In this document: in pieces, positions 8,214 through 18,062 of the stretch
Layout of the letters: each line of letters opens with the position of its first letter
Position numbering within the stretch: the first letter of the stretch is position 1
Program-made: the position numbers and the translations under genes
IMG/VR virus record: IMGVR_UViG_3300036760_000150
Location: 1-64,000 of that record
Source of the DNA: a virus
Direction: 5' to 3' (one strand)
Length of the DNA stretch: 64,000 nt
The notes under the pieces: model-generated
Database searches by the model: none
Seen by the model: only the letters and a program-made list of their open reading frames with translations
What the model was told of the DNA's origin: nothing

Positions 8214-9709
8214 TGCCCATAACTTTCAGTGCAGCAGACAGGAAGGCGATCACGCGTAGGCAGGTTAACATACTTGCCGAGAACAACGCGTTCGACCAGA
8301 CCACAACCGCGTTGGCTGCACAGAAAGCTAAGTTACTTGAGGTGGACAACAGCAACTCCATCTTCTACGACTTCTACGACACACAAGCCAGAGCTTACGA
8401 GGACGAGGCTAGGTACATGGATGGACAGGTCTCTTCTGAGTATACACCCACCAACCTAGACGACGCTGGTCAGTTCGGTGTAGGTGGTCCGTTCTTCCCA
8501 AACACGACGCCTAACGTCTACATAAGATCCATACCGTTGATACAAGACGGACTCAACACGAACAACAAGGTGAGGGGACGTTTTCACACGACATCGACAG
8601 ACTCTGCCTACGAACTTAACATCTTGTCCAACACGGACTCGTCGTTCATAGGGCTTGAGCAGCTTGTAAACTTCTTGGCGACAGGCGTAACCGGTGCGAC
8701 ACCAGCTGTTAGTAACATCACGTCGTTCTCCGGTGACCAGTTGGTAGTGACCAGCACTACAAACTTCTTGGCTGGTGAGTACATATACGTGGGCACATCA
8801 GGCAGTAGCGGTATATACAAGATCTTGTCTGTGGATAACGCAACCTACATGACTGTCGAGGATGTGGTGCCAGCGGCTGTGCAGCCCACGTCTGGAACTG
8901 CAGACAACACGGTGGTCGGGTTCAACGCTACCGAGAGGCAGACGTTGGTGTCTACCACGTGGCAGGAGATCCTCACCAACCTTGCCAGCTACATAGCGTC
9001 TAGGGTATCTAGCTGGGAAGGAAAAGTTGACTCACAGGTAATCTCGCTCGGTATTCAGAACGACGACCGAACCACGCAGGCTACTGAGAACGCTGCAGCG
9101 CTGGCCGATGTGACCAACACGAAGTCTGTCATAGACACATGGCAGGCACTCTCGAACACAGGCGTAGGTGGCAAGTACACGTCTGCAGGGTTGAGCCCTG
9201 TGTCCACCGAGGTAAACGCTAGGCAGTCTTTCATACCTACAAGGATAACACAGATCGAGACGGCTCTAGGAGACAACTCGTCTGATGCTTTGTCGCAGAG
9301 CGGTGACACCTTCACAGCTGTGGACCTGACCAACAGCTACTACCGTCGGTACGTGTGGATCAATATAAGGATCAACAGGACTAGCGGCAGCCTCAGACGG
9401 TTCTACGCGTCCGACCAGTCGTCCAGCAAGGTAGCCGAACTTAAGGCAGACAACCTCGCCGTGAAGGCGCAGTACGACTCGTACTTCACCACAGTCTCTG
9501 TTGAGTTCGTTGATGGGTCAGACATCATATACGTCACGACCACGTCAGGGTTCTCTGTGAGCGACTCTGTAAAGGTGCTCAGTGAGACGCAAGCTGAGCT
9601 GCCAGCCACCGTGGAAGACATACTAGACGTCAAAACTCTAAGGTTGTCGATGCCAGTGCCTGTGACGTACCAAGCTTCTGATGTGATGCGAATGTTCAAG
9701 CAACTGTGA
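8213..9709 (+). CDS. Putative virion/baseplate structural protein
   Basis: 498 aa inside the structural operon; helical segments flank beta-rich domains. Confidence 0.6.
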   Translation: MPITFSAADRKAITRRQVNILAENNAFDQTTTALAAQKAKLLEVDNSNSIFYDFYDTQARAYEDEARYMDGQVSSEYTPTNLDDAGQFGVGGPFFPNTTPNVYIRSIPLIQDGLNTNNKVRGRFHTTSTDSAYELNILSNTDSSFIGLEQLVNFLATGVTGATPAVSNITSFSGDQLVVTSTTNFLAGEYIYVGTSGSSGIYKILSVDNATYMTVEDVVPAAVQPTSGTADNTVVGFNATERQTLVSTTWQEILTNLASYIASRVSSWEGKVDSQVISLGIQNDDRTTQATENAAALADVTNTKSVIDTWQALSNTGVGGKYTSAGLSPVSTEVNARQSFIPTRITQIETALGDNSSDALSQSGDTFTAVDLTNSYYRRYVWINIRINRTSGSLRRFYASDQSSSKVAELKADNLAVKAQYDSYFTTVSVEFVDGSDIIYVTTTSGFSVSDSVKVLSETQAELPATVEDILDVKTLRLSMPVPVTYQASDVMRMFKQL

Positions 9710-9806
9710 TGCGTAGATTATAGTTACCAATCTCCGCATGTACGGTTCAACATACTCCTTAGATCACAAGTCCTTGTTGTGGTCTGAGACTTAAAAGGAA
9801 CTTACC

Positions 9807-12395
9807 ATGGCCAACAACTTCTTCGGCAACTTCAACCTCAACTTCCCACCGCAGCTAGGTGACCTGTTCAAGCCTGCCCAGCAGCTTGGTCCTCAGGGTA
9901 TCGAGCTTACCACCGAGAAGCCAGGTCCGGCATCCAACGCCGACCCCAACATAGCGGTAAACGACAGCAACCAGTCTGGCCTGGACATGAACACAGCCAG
10001 CTCTCCGAGAGACTTCGGTGTCTTCCGTGGGATCAACGACCTCATCAACAACTCGCTCATGCAGCGCGGCAACGGTTGGTTCGAGTACCAGGCCACCAGG
10101 TGGTCTAAGAACTTCTACTACCGCTTCGTCATATTCGAGGTGTCGACATCTGGCATGTCTGGTGCCCCTAGCTACACGCCAGTTGCTTCTTTCAAGCTGC
10201 CGATAAACCCGCAGAACATACAGATAACAACACCTTTCGCCTCCAAGCTGACGGTCACAAGCGACGGCATCTATGAGGAGCACAATGGCATCCCTATAAA
10301 AGAGATATCTATCAGTGGCACCACGGGTGTCCTGCCAAACAGGAAGGCGGTCGGTCAGGCGGACGGGCAGCTGTCTCCGTTCGGTCAACTAGCGTCTGCT
10401 GTCGCACCCAACACGGTGAGGGCGATCAGCCAGACCGTGTCGTCGGTGCAGAACCTTATAAGCTCCTTCGACAGCGTGCTCAACAACACGCAGGGGTCAG
10501 GGCAGAACACCAGTGAGGCTATACTCACCGGGTACGGACAGTTTCACCTGATGAGGTTGTTCCTTGAGGGCTACGCAGCGCTGAAGATATCGAAGGGTGG
10601 CAACAAGTACAGGTTAGCACTACACATGCCTAAGGACAACATAACATACCTGATAAAACCTGGTCAGTTCACTATGTCCAAGAGTATCGACAGCCCGATG
10701 GAGTACAGGTACGCCTTCAGCGCGACCGCATGGGGAACGATACAGAACTTCGGCAGCAAGGCACGTGAGTCGCAGGGTCTCAACCAGTTCAACATACTCA
10801 AAGGTAAAGTGTTGGACGTGTTGCTAAACACAAGAAGGACGCTGTCTCAGTTCAGGAACACGTTGCAGGCTGTCAAGTCCGACTACGCTCAAACTGTGGC
10901 TGGTCCACTAAACCTAGCCATCCTGGCGCTGAAAGACATCGGCGGCGTCGGCAAGACGATGGTCGACTACGGTGGAGAGCTTGGCAGCTTCGTCAAGAGT
11001 GTCAGTCCTACAATCATAATAGATGTCGATCGCTTCCCGAGCATACCAGCATCCACCAAACAGAAGGTCAAGGGAGCAAAGGACGACCTGTTGTCTACCA
11101 AGAACAGCTCAGACAGACAGACGTTGCAGCCTGTTGTCGGAGGTTCCAGTGGGACAGTTGGCAACTCAGTGTCTTTCTCTCAGGACCAGGGTGTCAACGT
11201 CGACTCGGCCACCTTGTTCGAGGTGATGGACTCTGTGAATGTGTCTGCGATACCTCTCACAAGCGGTCAGCTGCAGGTGGTCAACCAGTTCGACGAGCAG
11301 GCAAGACTTATTCGCCGCAAAGACTACGAGATACTTATCGGTAACCTAGACAAGCTTCAGCAAGCTATCGAGGCCACCGAGATGGACGAGTCCAAGTTCG
11401 ACATCGACTACGCCTTGAACGACTCAAAGATACACCTGTTCTCCCTCATAGCTGACAACTCCTACGACGATCAGTTCACAGTGAAGTCGCTACAGTTCTG
11501 GAAGGTGAAAGCCAACGCGTCTGGTATGACGTTCCAAGACTCCTCGTCCAAGTTCTCCGTGCCTTTCCCACTAAGCGGTACGCTTGAGTGGATCGCTCAG
11601 ACATACCTAGGTGATCCTACCAGGTGGATAGAGATAGCAGCACTCAACAACCTCCAAGCTCCGTACGTGGACGAGGATGGTTTTGAGAGATCCTTCCTAT
11701 CCAACGGCAGTGAGAACCAGTTCAACGTATCCAGTGTTGAGAACTTGTTCGTAGGTCAAGCCGTGCTGATCTCAAGCGATAGTCAGTTCCCTTCTGCACG
11801 TAAGATATTGATAATAAAAGAGATATCACCAAACAACTTCCTCATACAGGTGGACGGTGAGGACAACTTGTCTGACTTCACCGCAGCAGAGAACGCCAAG
11901 ATGAAGGCGTACCTACCTTACACCACCAACAGTGCCAAGCGCATCTACATACCAAGTCCACAGACGTCTCTTGTGCCTGAGGAATCGACCAGACCAATCA
12001 GCTCCATACCGGACAGCGACCTGGTTCGGTTCGCGAAGGTGGACTTGTTGTTGACACAAGACGGTGACCTATCATTGTCAAGCGATGGGTTCGCCAACCT
12101 AGCTTTCGGTGCGAACAACCTGGTGCAGGCCGCCAGACTTAAACTAGTCTCAACGCTCAGCTCTGTGTTAGGTCACCCTGAGTACGGAAACCCGTTCGAG
12201 GTGGGTGAGGTCACAGCCAACATAACACCGTCTAAGGTTAAGGAGCAGCTCAACTCGGCGTTCGAGAGCGACCCTAGGTTCCTAGGCATAGACCAGTTCA
12301 GGCTTGAGATCAACAACGGCACAGCCAAGCTAGACCTGACCACGAACCTGACGTTCGGCAACTCTGTGTTGCCTCTAAGTTTTAATTTAAATTAA
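9807..12395 (+). CDS. Baseplate protein: tube-initiator-like + LysM + gp25-like fusion
   Basis: LPINPQNI...ISISGTTG near the N-terminus; GTLEWIAQTYLGDPTRWIEIAALN (LysM-like); GANNLVQA...HPEYG...DPRF (gp25/gpW-like). Confidence 0.7.
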   Translation: MANNFFGNFNLNFPPQLGDLFKPAQQLGPQGIELTTEKPGPASNADPNIAVNDSNQSGLDMNTASSPRDFGVFRGINDLINNSLMQRGNGWFEYQATRWSKNFYYRFVIFEVSTSGMSGAPSYTPVASFKLPINPQNIQITTPFASKLTVTSDGIYEEHNGIPIKEISISGTTGVLPNRKAVGQADGQLSPFGQLASAVAPNTVRAISQTVSSVQNLISSFDSVLNNTQGSGQNTSEAILTGYGQFHLMRLFLEGYAALKISKGGNKYRLALHMPKDNITYLIKPGQFTMSKSIDSPMEYRYAFSATAWGTIQNFGSKARESQGLNQFNILKGKVLDVLLNTRRTLSQFRNTLQAVKSDYAQTVAGPLNLAILALKDIGGVGKTMVDYGGELGSFVKSVSPTIIIDVDRFPSIPASTKQKVKGAKDDLLSTKNSSDRQTLQPVVGGSSGTVGNSVSFSQDQGVNVDSATLFEVMDSVNVSAIPLTSGQLQVVNQFDEQARLIRRKDYEILIGNLDKLQQAIEATEMDESKFDIDYALNDSKIHLFSLIADNSYDDQFTVKSLQFWKVKANASGMTFQDSSSKFSVPFPLSGTLEWIAQTYLGDPTRWIEIAALNNLQAPYVDEDGFERSFLSNGSENQFNVSSVENLFVGQAVLISSDSQFPSARKILIIKEISPNNFLIQVDGEDNLSDFTAAENAKMKAYLPYTTNSAKRIYIPSPQTSLVPEESTRPISSIPDSDLVRFAKVDLLLTQDGDLSLSSDGFANLAFGANNLVQAARLKLVSTLSSVLGHPEYGNPFEVGEVTANITPSKVKEQLNSAFESDPRFLGIDQFRLEINNGTAKLDLTTNLTFGNSVLPLSFNLN

Positions 12396-12420
12396 CAATA
12401 ACAACTAGTTAGATGAGAAA

Positions 12421-12439
12421 CTTAATCTTACATGTACCC
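12421..12439 (+). promoter_or_regulatory. Putative late promoter motif, copy 2
   Basis: CTTAATCTT-N4-GTACCC upstream of baseplate J. Confidence 0.6.
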
Positions 12440-12486
12440 CTCCATCAACCCACGTCCTGTGCGGCCTTAGTTTTAAGAGAGTAGAT

Positions 12487-15400
12487 ATGGCGTTAACCCC
12501 AGTAGCTCGGTCATTCCAACAGATCCGCAACGAGATGATGAACGTCGTCGTGGCAGAGACCGGCATCAACGACACCAACGTCGGCAGTGCGATCCGCAGC
12601 ATAGTAGAGTCAGCTGCCATGTCAGATTTCAAGAGTCAGTCCAGCATCATAGCTGTCTTGAACTCGCAGGACATTGACCGCGCCACAGGCTCTGACCTAG
12701 ACAAGATCGGTAAGGCTGCAGGCGTCGACAGGCCGCAGGCTAAGTCGTCTAGTGGTCTGGTGACCATAGGGTCGTCTAGCTTCACCAAGATATCAACCAA
12801 AGTGTACGCTGGCACAGCAGCCCCTCCTGCAGGGTCCAACACCATCAACATCTCGGACGGGTCTAGGTTCCCGAATACCGGGTCTATCTACATCGGTCGT
12901 GGCACATCGAACCTCGAAGGTCCGATACCTTACTCGTCTGTGTCTCAGGTCGGAAACTACTTCCAGCTGACGTTGTCGTCACCAACCACGAAGAACCACA
13001 ACATATCAGAGTCTGTGATACTAGCCCAAGGCGGCAACAGGGTGGTGTCTGCTGGAGCTGTCGTCCAGACGAAAGCTAACGACACCAACCCATCTGTCAA
13101 GTTCACGGTGATCAACAACGTGACTGTGCCAGACGGTGAGGAGTCAGTAAGCGGAGTGCCTGTGGCAGCGACACAACCTGGTACTGTTGGCAACGTGGCT
13201 GCCAACTCCGTGGTTGAGTTCGCCTCTACATCTTTCCCAGCGGCGTTCGTCACCAACCCTACAGCGTTCATATCTGGCAGAGATCAACTTTCAGACCGTG
13301 ACTACCGCGACCTGATCAAGAAGAGTGCACAGAACAAGACCAAGGGTACTCCACAGGCTATCGAGAGTGCGTCTATCGGCGTGATAAGCACCGACGACAA
13401 CAAGACAGTCACATCAGCTAAGGTAAGACCTTCACCCAACCGTGAGGAACCTGCCATCCTGTTCCTAGACGATGGGACCGCGTATCAACCTCTCATCTTC
13501 GGACAAGGCTTCGAGCCGGTAGTAGACAACGCAGCTGGCTCAGAGAAGTTCCTGCAGCTACAACATGAGGATATCACAAGGGCGACGTTGATCTCGACGT
13601 TCAGCACACCTTTCGCGTTGACTGCAGATATGACCTTGGCTGTGAAGGTCGGTGGTGTGTTGTCTGAGCACATATTCCAGAGCACTGACTTCGCCACACA
13701 GCTGGCCGCTGACACATTTGAGGTTGTCAACTCCATAAACCAGAACACAAGCTTGTTGTTCTCAGCCAGAGCCCTAGCCAACAGTCAGAGGGTCGCGATA
13801 TTCGCGAAGTCGTTCAAGAACGAAGATGTCAAAGTTGTACCACCTTCGATCGGCACCAACGCCAACGACTTCATAGGGTTGTCAACCAACCTAACCTACA
13901 GTTTAAGGTTGTACAAAAACGATGAGCTTCTGTACAAAGACGGTGTCATCCCTACCGCGTTAAGCATAGAGCAGGCTGACTGGAACGCGATAGCGTTCGT
14001 TAACGGTGCTACTCTTCAGTTCGCTGTGGATGGTACACCAACACAGACCGTTACATTCCTCGACGCAGACTTCGTGCCGTTCGGTTACACCACAGTGTCA
14101 GCTGGTAACAGCCTTGAGTCTTTCGTGTCGATAATAAACTCAAAGGCTGCTGGATTAACTGCCACAGTTCTTGGTAACCAGATCAAGGTGGTGTCCAACA
14201 AAGACAACAACGACTCAGCGTCTCTTGAGGTTGTTGGTGGAACCTTGGTCACTTCTGGAAACATGTTCGACGCAGCCTTCTCCCAAGGACAGAGCAGCGA
14301 CTACGCACTCAACCGTGCCACAGGTCAGGTCGAGCTGTCAAATGTGTTGTCTGCTGGTGATATCCTAACAGCTGGGTCGCGCAACACACGTGGTTTTGTC
14401 GACTCAGGCTCGTTCAGCACCAACGCAGTGTCTTTTGTCACAACTGTAAACGACCCTACACCTAAGTTGTACTTCGTAGTTGATGCTCCTGCAGAGAGAG
14501 TGTCTGCTGGTGTAACAACTGGGTCAGGTATAACTGTAACCAACCCAAGCAGCACCAACTGGGTGTACACATCCTCAGTAGGGTCTGCTTTCACTAACGT
14601 CCTACCTGGTGACTGGGCTCTGATCGTCAGCAAGAACATCCCTGACAGCAGCAACAACAAAGGTTTCTGGAGGGTGACAGCCTCCACGGCTAGCAGCTTC
14701 ACCGTCCAGAAGGTTGCTGGCACAGCAACAGCTTACGTTGCTGCCAGCAACGACGACATCATATTCATAAGGTCTGACGCTGGTATACAACAAGTCAACT
14801 TAGGAACTGGTACACAGACCCTCGGCGCCGTCGCAGCCAACATAACATCTGCGTTGGTCGGTGGGTTCGCCATCGTGCAGAGCGCCAAGAAGGTCAGGGT
14901 GTTCACCAACACCTTCGCTTCTAGTGGTTCTATGTTCATGGCTGGTATGAACGACCCGGCAAAGGTTCTTGAGTTCACCGTAGCATCGTTTGACCTAAGC
15001 GATGTAAGTCACACAGCGTTCGTCGAGTCTGACAACTCAGAGTTGACGATACCTGACTTCCTACATGACTACGTCACAGCCAACAACAGTGTGCTGCCAC
15101 CTCCAGTTATCGACAGGACTTTGACCACAAACGCCACCTTGTCTACATACATACCTCCTAACAGGGTGCTGTCTTTCTTGGATGCCTACTCAAGGGTGTG
15201 CAACAACGAAGATCTTTACTCGATGATAGCCTCGATATCTGGGACCACAGTTGTGATACGTGGCAACAACAGGATGAGAGACATCATAACCAACGATAGG
15301 TACTTCACGGCATCATCGTTCAACTTCAGCGGTGAAGACAACCTGGTCGTGATCATCGACAAGGATGCTGTCAACAAATCGCTCAACATCCAGATGTACA

Positions 15401-18057
15401 GGAACGGCACGGTCAGCAGTCAGACCCCTCCGACGTTGAGCACGTTCACCGCGTACGACACAGATCTAAGTGTTACCGGCAACTGGCCTCAGTCCTTTGG
15501 CGACAACTTCGACTTCGAGGACTTCAAGGTCTTGTTCAAGTCACGTCAGATACTAGACCCGTCTGGCGCCAACAACGCTATGCTGCTCAGGCATGTGAAG
15601 TACGGGTCTACGGGTGACCAGTACAGAGTGGGTCTGTTCTACCCAGTAACACCAAGCTCTGGTATGTCACACACCATCAGCGTGGGAGAGCTGACCAAGG
15701 TAAAGGTTGCCTTAGCCTCAGACGTGTCCAAGGTAGGTTCGTGGGCTGCAGGTTCTCAGTTCAACGTGACTAACCCAGTCGGTAACACGTACAGGTACAG
15801 CCACAACGGTACAGGTCCTGCTCCGAACTTCACAACAGCCCTACCATCACCTATAGTTCCTGGAGACATCGTCACTGTATCATCTAGCTCACCGTTCTCA
15901 ATCGGGAACGAGGGTACCTTCCGAGTCACAGCCGTCACATCACTGTACTTCGAGGTTACAAATGCATCTGGTGTAGTCGAGTCTAACATACAGCTGAACA
16001 ACGTCAACGACTTCCTGTTCTACGCGTTGGATGCCACCTTCAACACAGCAAACGCGATAGCCGAGTACGTGAACTCCAACATGCCTGATCATCTTTTTGT
16101 CTCACAGCTTGAGTCAGGGGTTGGTGTCGCCACCACATCTACGTTTGAAGACACTGCCAGTGAGTACGTGTCGTTGGTTGACGGTGAGAACTGGTTGTCG
16201 TCCAGCAACATAGGCACCACATCCACACCGTTGAACCAGTTCGTACTTAAGGTACCAAGGCAGCTTGCTGACTCTGTGTCTCCTCCGTACAGCATCGTAG
16301 GTGAGATGTTCAGGGTAGTTCCCACGATGGCTGACCATGTATCTCGTTTCCTAAACAGGTTCGCTGTCACAGGGTTGTCTTCTCTAGCTAACTTGAACAC
16401 ATCAAGTAGAGCTGGCAAAGTACAGGTCTACAGCAACCTGTTCGGTAGCAACGGTGCTGTCCAAGTAGGTGGTGGCACAGCTAACAAGATAGATGCTGCT
16501 GCACAGAGCAGTGGGAACATAGTAGACACTACGTTCACGAAGTTCAACATCAACACATCTGACAGCCTAGGCATCATGGCGGGACAATGGGTCAAGGTGA
16601 CCAACACCAACGTGCAAGCCAAGTCAGTGGTGTTCGGCTCATCTTCACAGCTACAGATCACACCAAACAGTCCTACAACTGGGTTCTCTCAGGTCGACAT
16701 AGCAAACACGTCCTACAGCATAGTTGCTCTCACTGGCGCTGTTCGTCTAAGCAACGTCGTCACGATCACAACTACAACACCTCACTCATTCTCGGTGGAT
16801 CAGACTGTCACGATAGCTAGCGTCACAAACGCATCGTTCAACGGAACATTCCTGGTGACATCTACTCCTACCACCACCACGTTTACCTACTCACAGGTTG
16901 CCGCAAACGCCACCTCTGGAGGTGGTACAGCAACAGGGCCGTTTGGTCTTGGGACGTTCCAGGTACCTAGGTCTCACAGTGGTGATGCCACAACTGAGGT
17001 CAGGTTCGAGCGACAGGCGCAGTTCGTGTGTCTCAGCTGGACAGGTACAGGCACCGCACCCAACTTCCTAGGTGGTGGCGTAAGAGAGGGTGACTGGGTG
17101 GTCGTCGGTGGATCGTCCATCGACGTGCTGAACCAAGGTACATTCAAGGTGGTCAAGTTGTTCGGCTCCAACACACTGTACATAGAGAACAACAACGCAG
17201 TGAAAGAGAACGTGGTGTTGAGCGCAAGCTCAGACTTGAGGTTCTACAGCTACGACAGCGTCATGCCTGGCGACGAGTTCGTAGTGTCCGGTGATGCCTT
17301 AGGTTCATCAAACAACGGCAGCTTCACGGTTGTCAGCAGCACTTCGCCATCTATACCGTTCCCAACACCTAACACTATATACGTGGTCGGCATCATGACT
17401 GCGTTCGGCCCTGCCTCCCTAGGCACTGGTGCAAGCGAGGTTAAGGTGAACGAAGATGTACCTCTAACTCTGTACAAGAGGATCGCCAACGTCGCTGTAG
17501 ACCCTAACGACCCAGCAGACTTCAACGTGGTTGTGGAGACTACAGAGCTTGGTGCAAAGATCAACACAGACGCTGGCTCGTTCATCAGCCTGGTGAGTCG
17601 TCTAGACTTCAACACCATGGTCAACGTTGGAGAAGACTCGTACAAGTTCTACGGCGGTTTGATCCACGCTACAGGTGTTGTCATAAGAGGTTCTCAGTCA
17701 GACCCTATCACCTACCCTGGTGTAGCTGCTACCGGATCGTACATAGAGATCGACGCAGCCCTCCCTAAGAGGATAAGGTTGTCGATCGTCATAAGGAACA
17801 TAACAGGTACACCGTTCACGGTGCTGAAGACTAGGGTGCAGAACGTCGTGTCTGCCTACGTCAACTCACTAGGTGTCAACCAGTCAGTTGTGTTCTCTCA
17901 GATAGTGTCTGTGGCCAACTCGGTCGACGGTGTGCAGGCAGTTGCCATATCGTCACCTCTGTACGACGCAACACATGACCTGATAACAGTCCAACCAAAT
18001 GAAAAACCAGTTATAGTCGACGTAAATGCCGACATCATCGTGAGCTTACCTACCTAA
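12487..18057 (+). CDS. Giant baseplate J/gp6-like wedge protein
   Basis: N-terminal DTNVGSAIRSI...ATGSDLD...GTVGNV...GRDQLSDRDYR...GTPQAI and C-terminal YVNSLGVNQSVVFSQI...VDGVQAV baseplate-J motifs, with a long beta-rich insertion. Confidence 0.85.
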   Translation: MALTPVARSFQQIRNEMMNVVVAETGINDTNVGSAIRSIVESAAMSDFKSQSSIIAVLNSQDIDRATGSDLDKIGKAAGVDRPQAKSSSGLVTIGSSSFTKISTKVYAGTAAPPAGSNTINISDGSRFPNTGSIYIGRGTSNLEGPIPYSSVSQVGNYFQLTLSSPTTKNHNISESVILAQGGNRVVSAGAVVQTKANDTNPSVKFTVINNVTVPDGEESVSGVPVAATQPGTVGNVAANSVVEFASTSFPAAFVTNPTAFISGRDQLSDRDYRDLIKKSAQNKTKGTPQAIESASIGVISTDDNKTVTSAKVRPSPNREEPAILFLDDGTAYQPLIFGQGFEPVVDNAAGSEKFLQLQHEDITRATLISTFSTPFALTADMTLAVKVGGVLSEHIFQSTDFATQLAADTFEVVNSINQNTSLLFSARALANSQRVAIFAKSFKNEDVKVVPPSIGTNANDFIGLSTNLTYSLRLYKNDELLYKDGVIPTALSIEQADWNAIAFVNGATLQFAVDGTPTQTVTFLDADFVPFGYTTVSAGNSLESFVSIINSKAAGLTATVLGNQIKVVSNKDNNDSASLEVVGGTLVTSGNMFDAAFSQGQSSDYALNRATGQVELSNVLSAGDILTAGSRNTRGFVDSGSFSTNAVSFVTTVNDPTPKLYFVVDAPAERVSAGVTTGSGITVTNPSSTNWVYTSSVGSAFTNVLPGDWALIVSKNIPDSSNNKGFWRVTASTASSFTVQKVAGTATAYVAASNDDIIFIRSDAGIQQVNLGTGTQTLGAVAANITSALVGGFAIVQSAKKVRVFTNTFASSGSMFMAGMNDPAKVLEFTVASFDLSDVSHTAFVESDNSELTIPDFLHDYVTANNSVLPPPVIDRTLTTNATLSTYIPPNRVLSFLDAYSRVCNNEDLYSMIASISGTTVVIRGNNRMRDIITNDRYFTASSFNFSGEDNLVVIIDKDAVNKSLNIQMYRNGTVSSQTPPTLSTFTAYDTDLSVTGNWPQSFGDNFDFEDFKVLFKSRQILDPSGANNAMLLRHVKYGSTGDQYRVGLFYPVTPSSGMSHTISVGELTKVKVALASDVSKVGSWAAGSQFNVTNPVGNTYRYSHNGTGPAPNFTTALPSPIVPGDIVTVSSSSPFSIGNEGTFRVTAVTSLYFEVTNASGVVESNIQLNNVNDFLFYALDATFNTANAIAEYVNSNMPDHLFVSQLESGVGVATTSTFEDTASEYVSLVDGENWLSSSNIGTTSTPLNQFVLKVPRQLADSVSPPYSIVGEMFRVVPTMADHVSRFLNRFAVTGLSSLANLNTSSRAGKVQVYSNLFGSNGAVQVGGGTANKIDAAAQSSGNIVDTTFTKFNINTSDSLGIMAGQWVKVTNTNVQAKSVVFGSSSQLQITPNSPTTGFSQVDIANTSYSIVALTGAVRLSNVVTITTTTPHSFSVDQTVTIASVTNASFNGTFLVTSTPTTTTFTYSQVAANATSGGGTATGPFGLGTFQVPRSHSGDATTEVRFERQAQFVCLSWTGTGTAPNFLGGGVREGDWVVVGGSSIDVLNQGTFKVVKLFGSNTLYIENNNAVKENVVLSASSDLRFYSYDSVMPGDEFVVSGDALGSSNNGSFTVVSSTSPSIPFPTPNTIYVVGIMTAFGPASLGTGASEVKVNEDVPLTLYKRIANVAVDPNDPADFNVVVETTELGAKINTDAGSFISLVSRLDFNTMVNVGEDSYKFYGGLIHATGVVIRGSQSDPITYPGVAATGSYIEIDAALPKRIRLSIVIRNITGTPFTVLKTRVQNVVSAYVNSLGVNQSVVFSQIVSVANSVDGVQAVAISSPLYDATHDLITVQPNEKPVIVDVNADIIVSLPT

Positions 18058-18062
18058 GGTGA

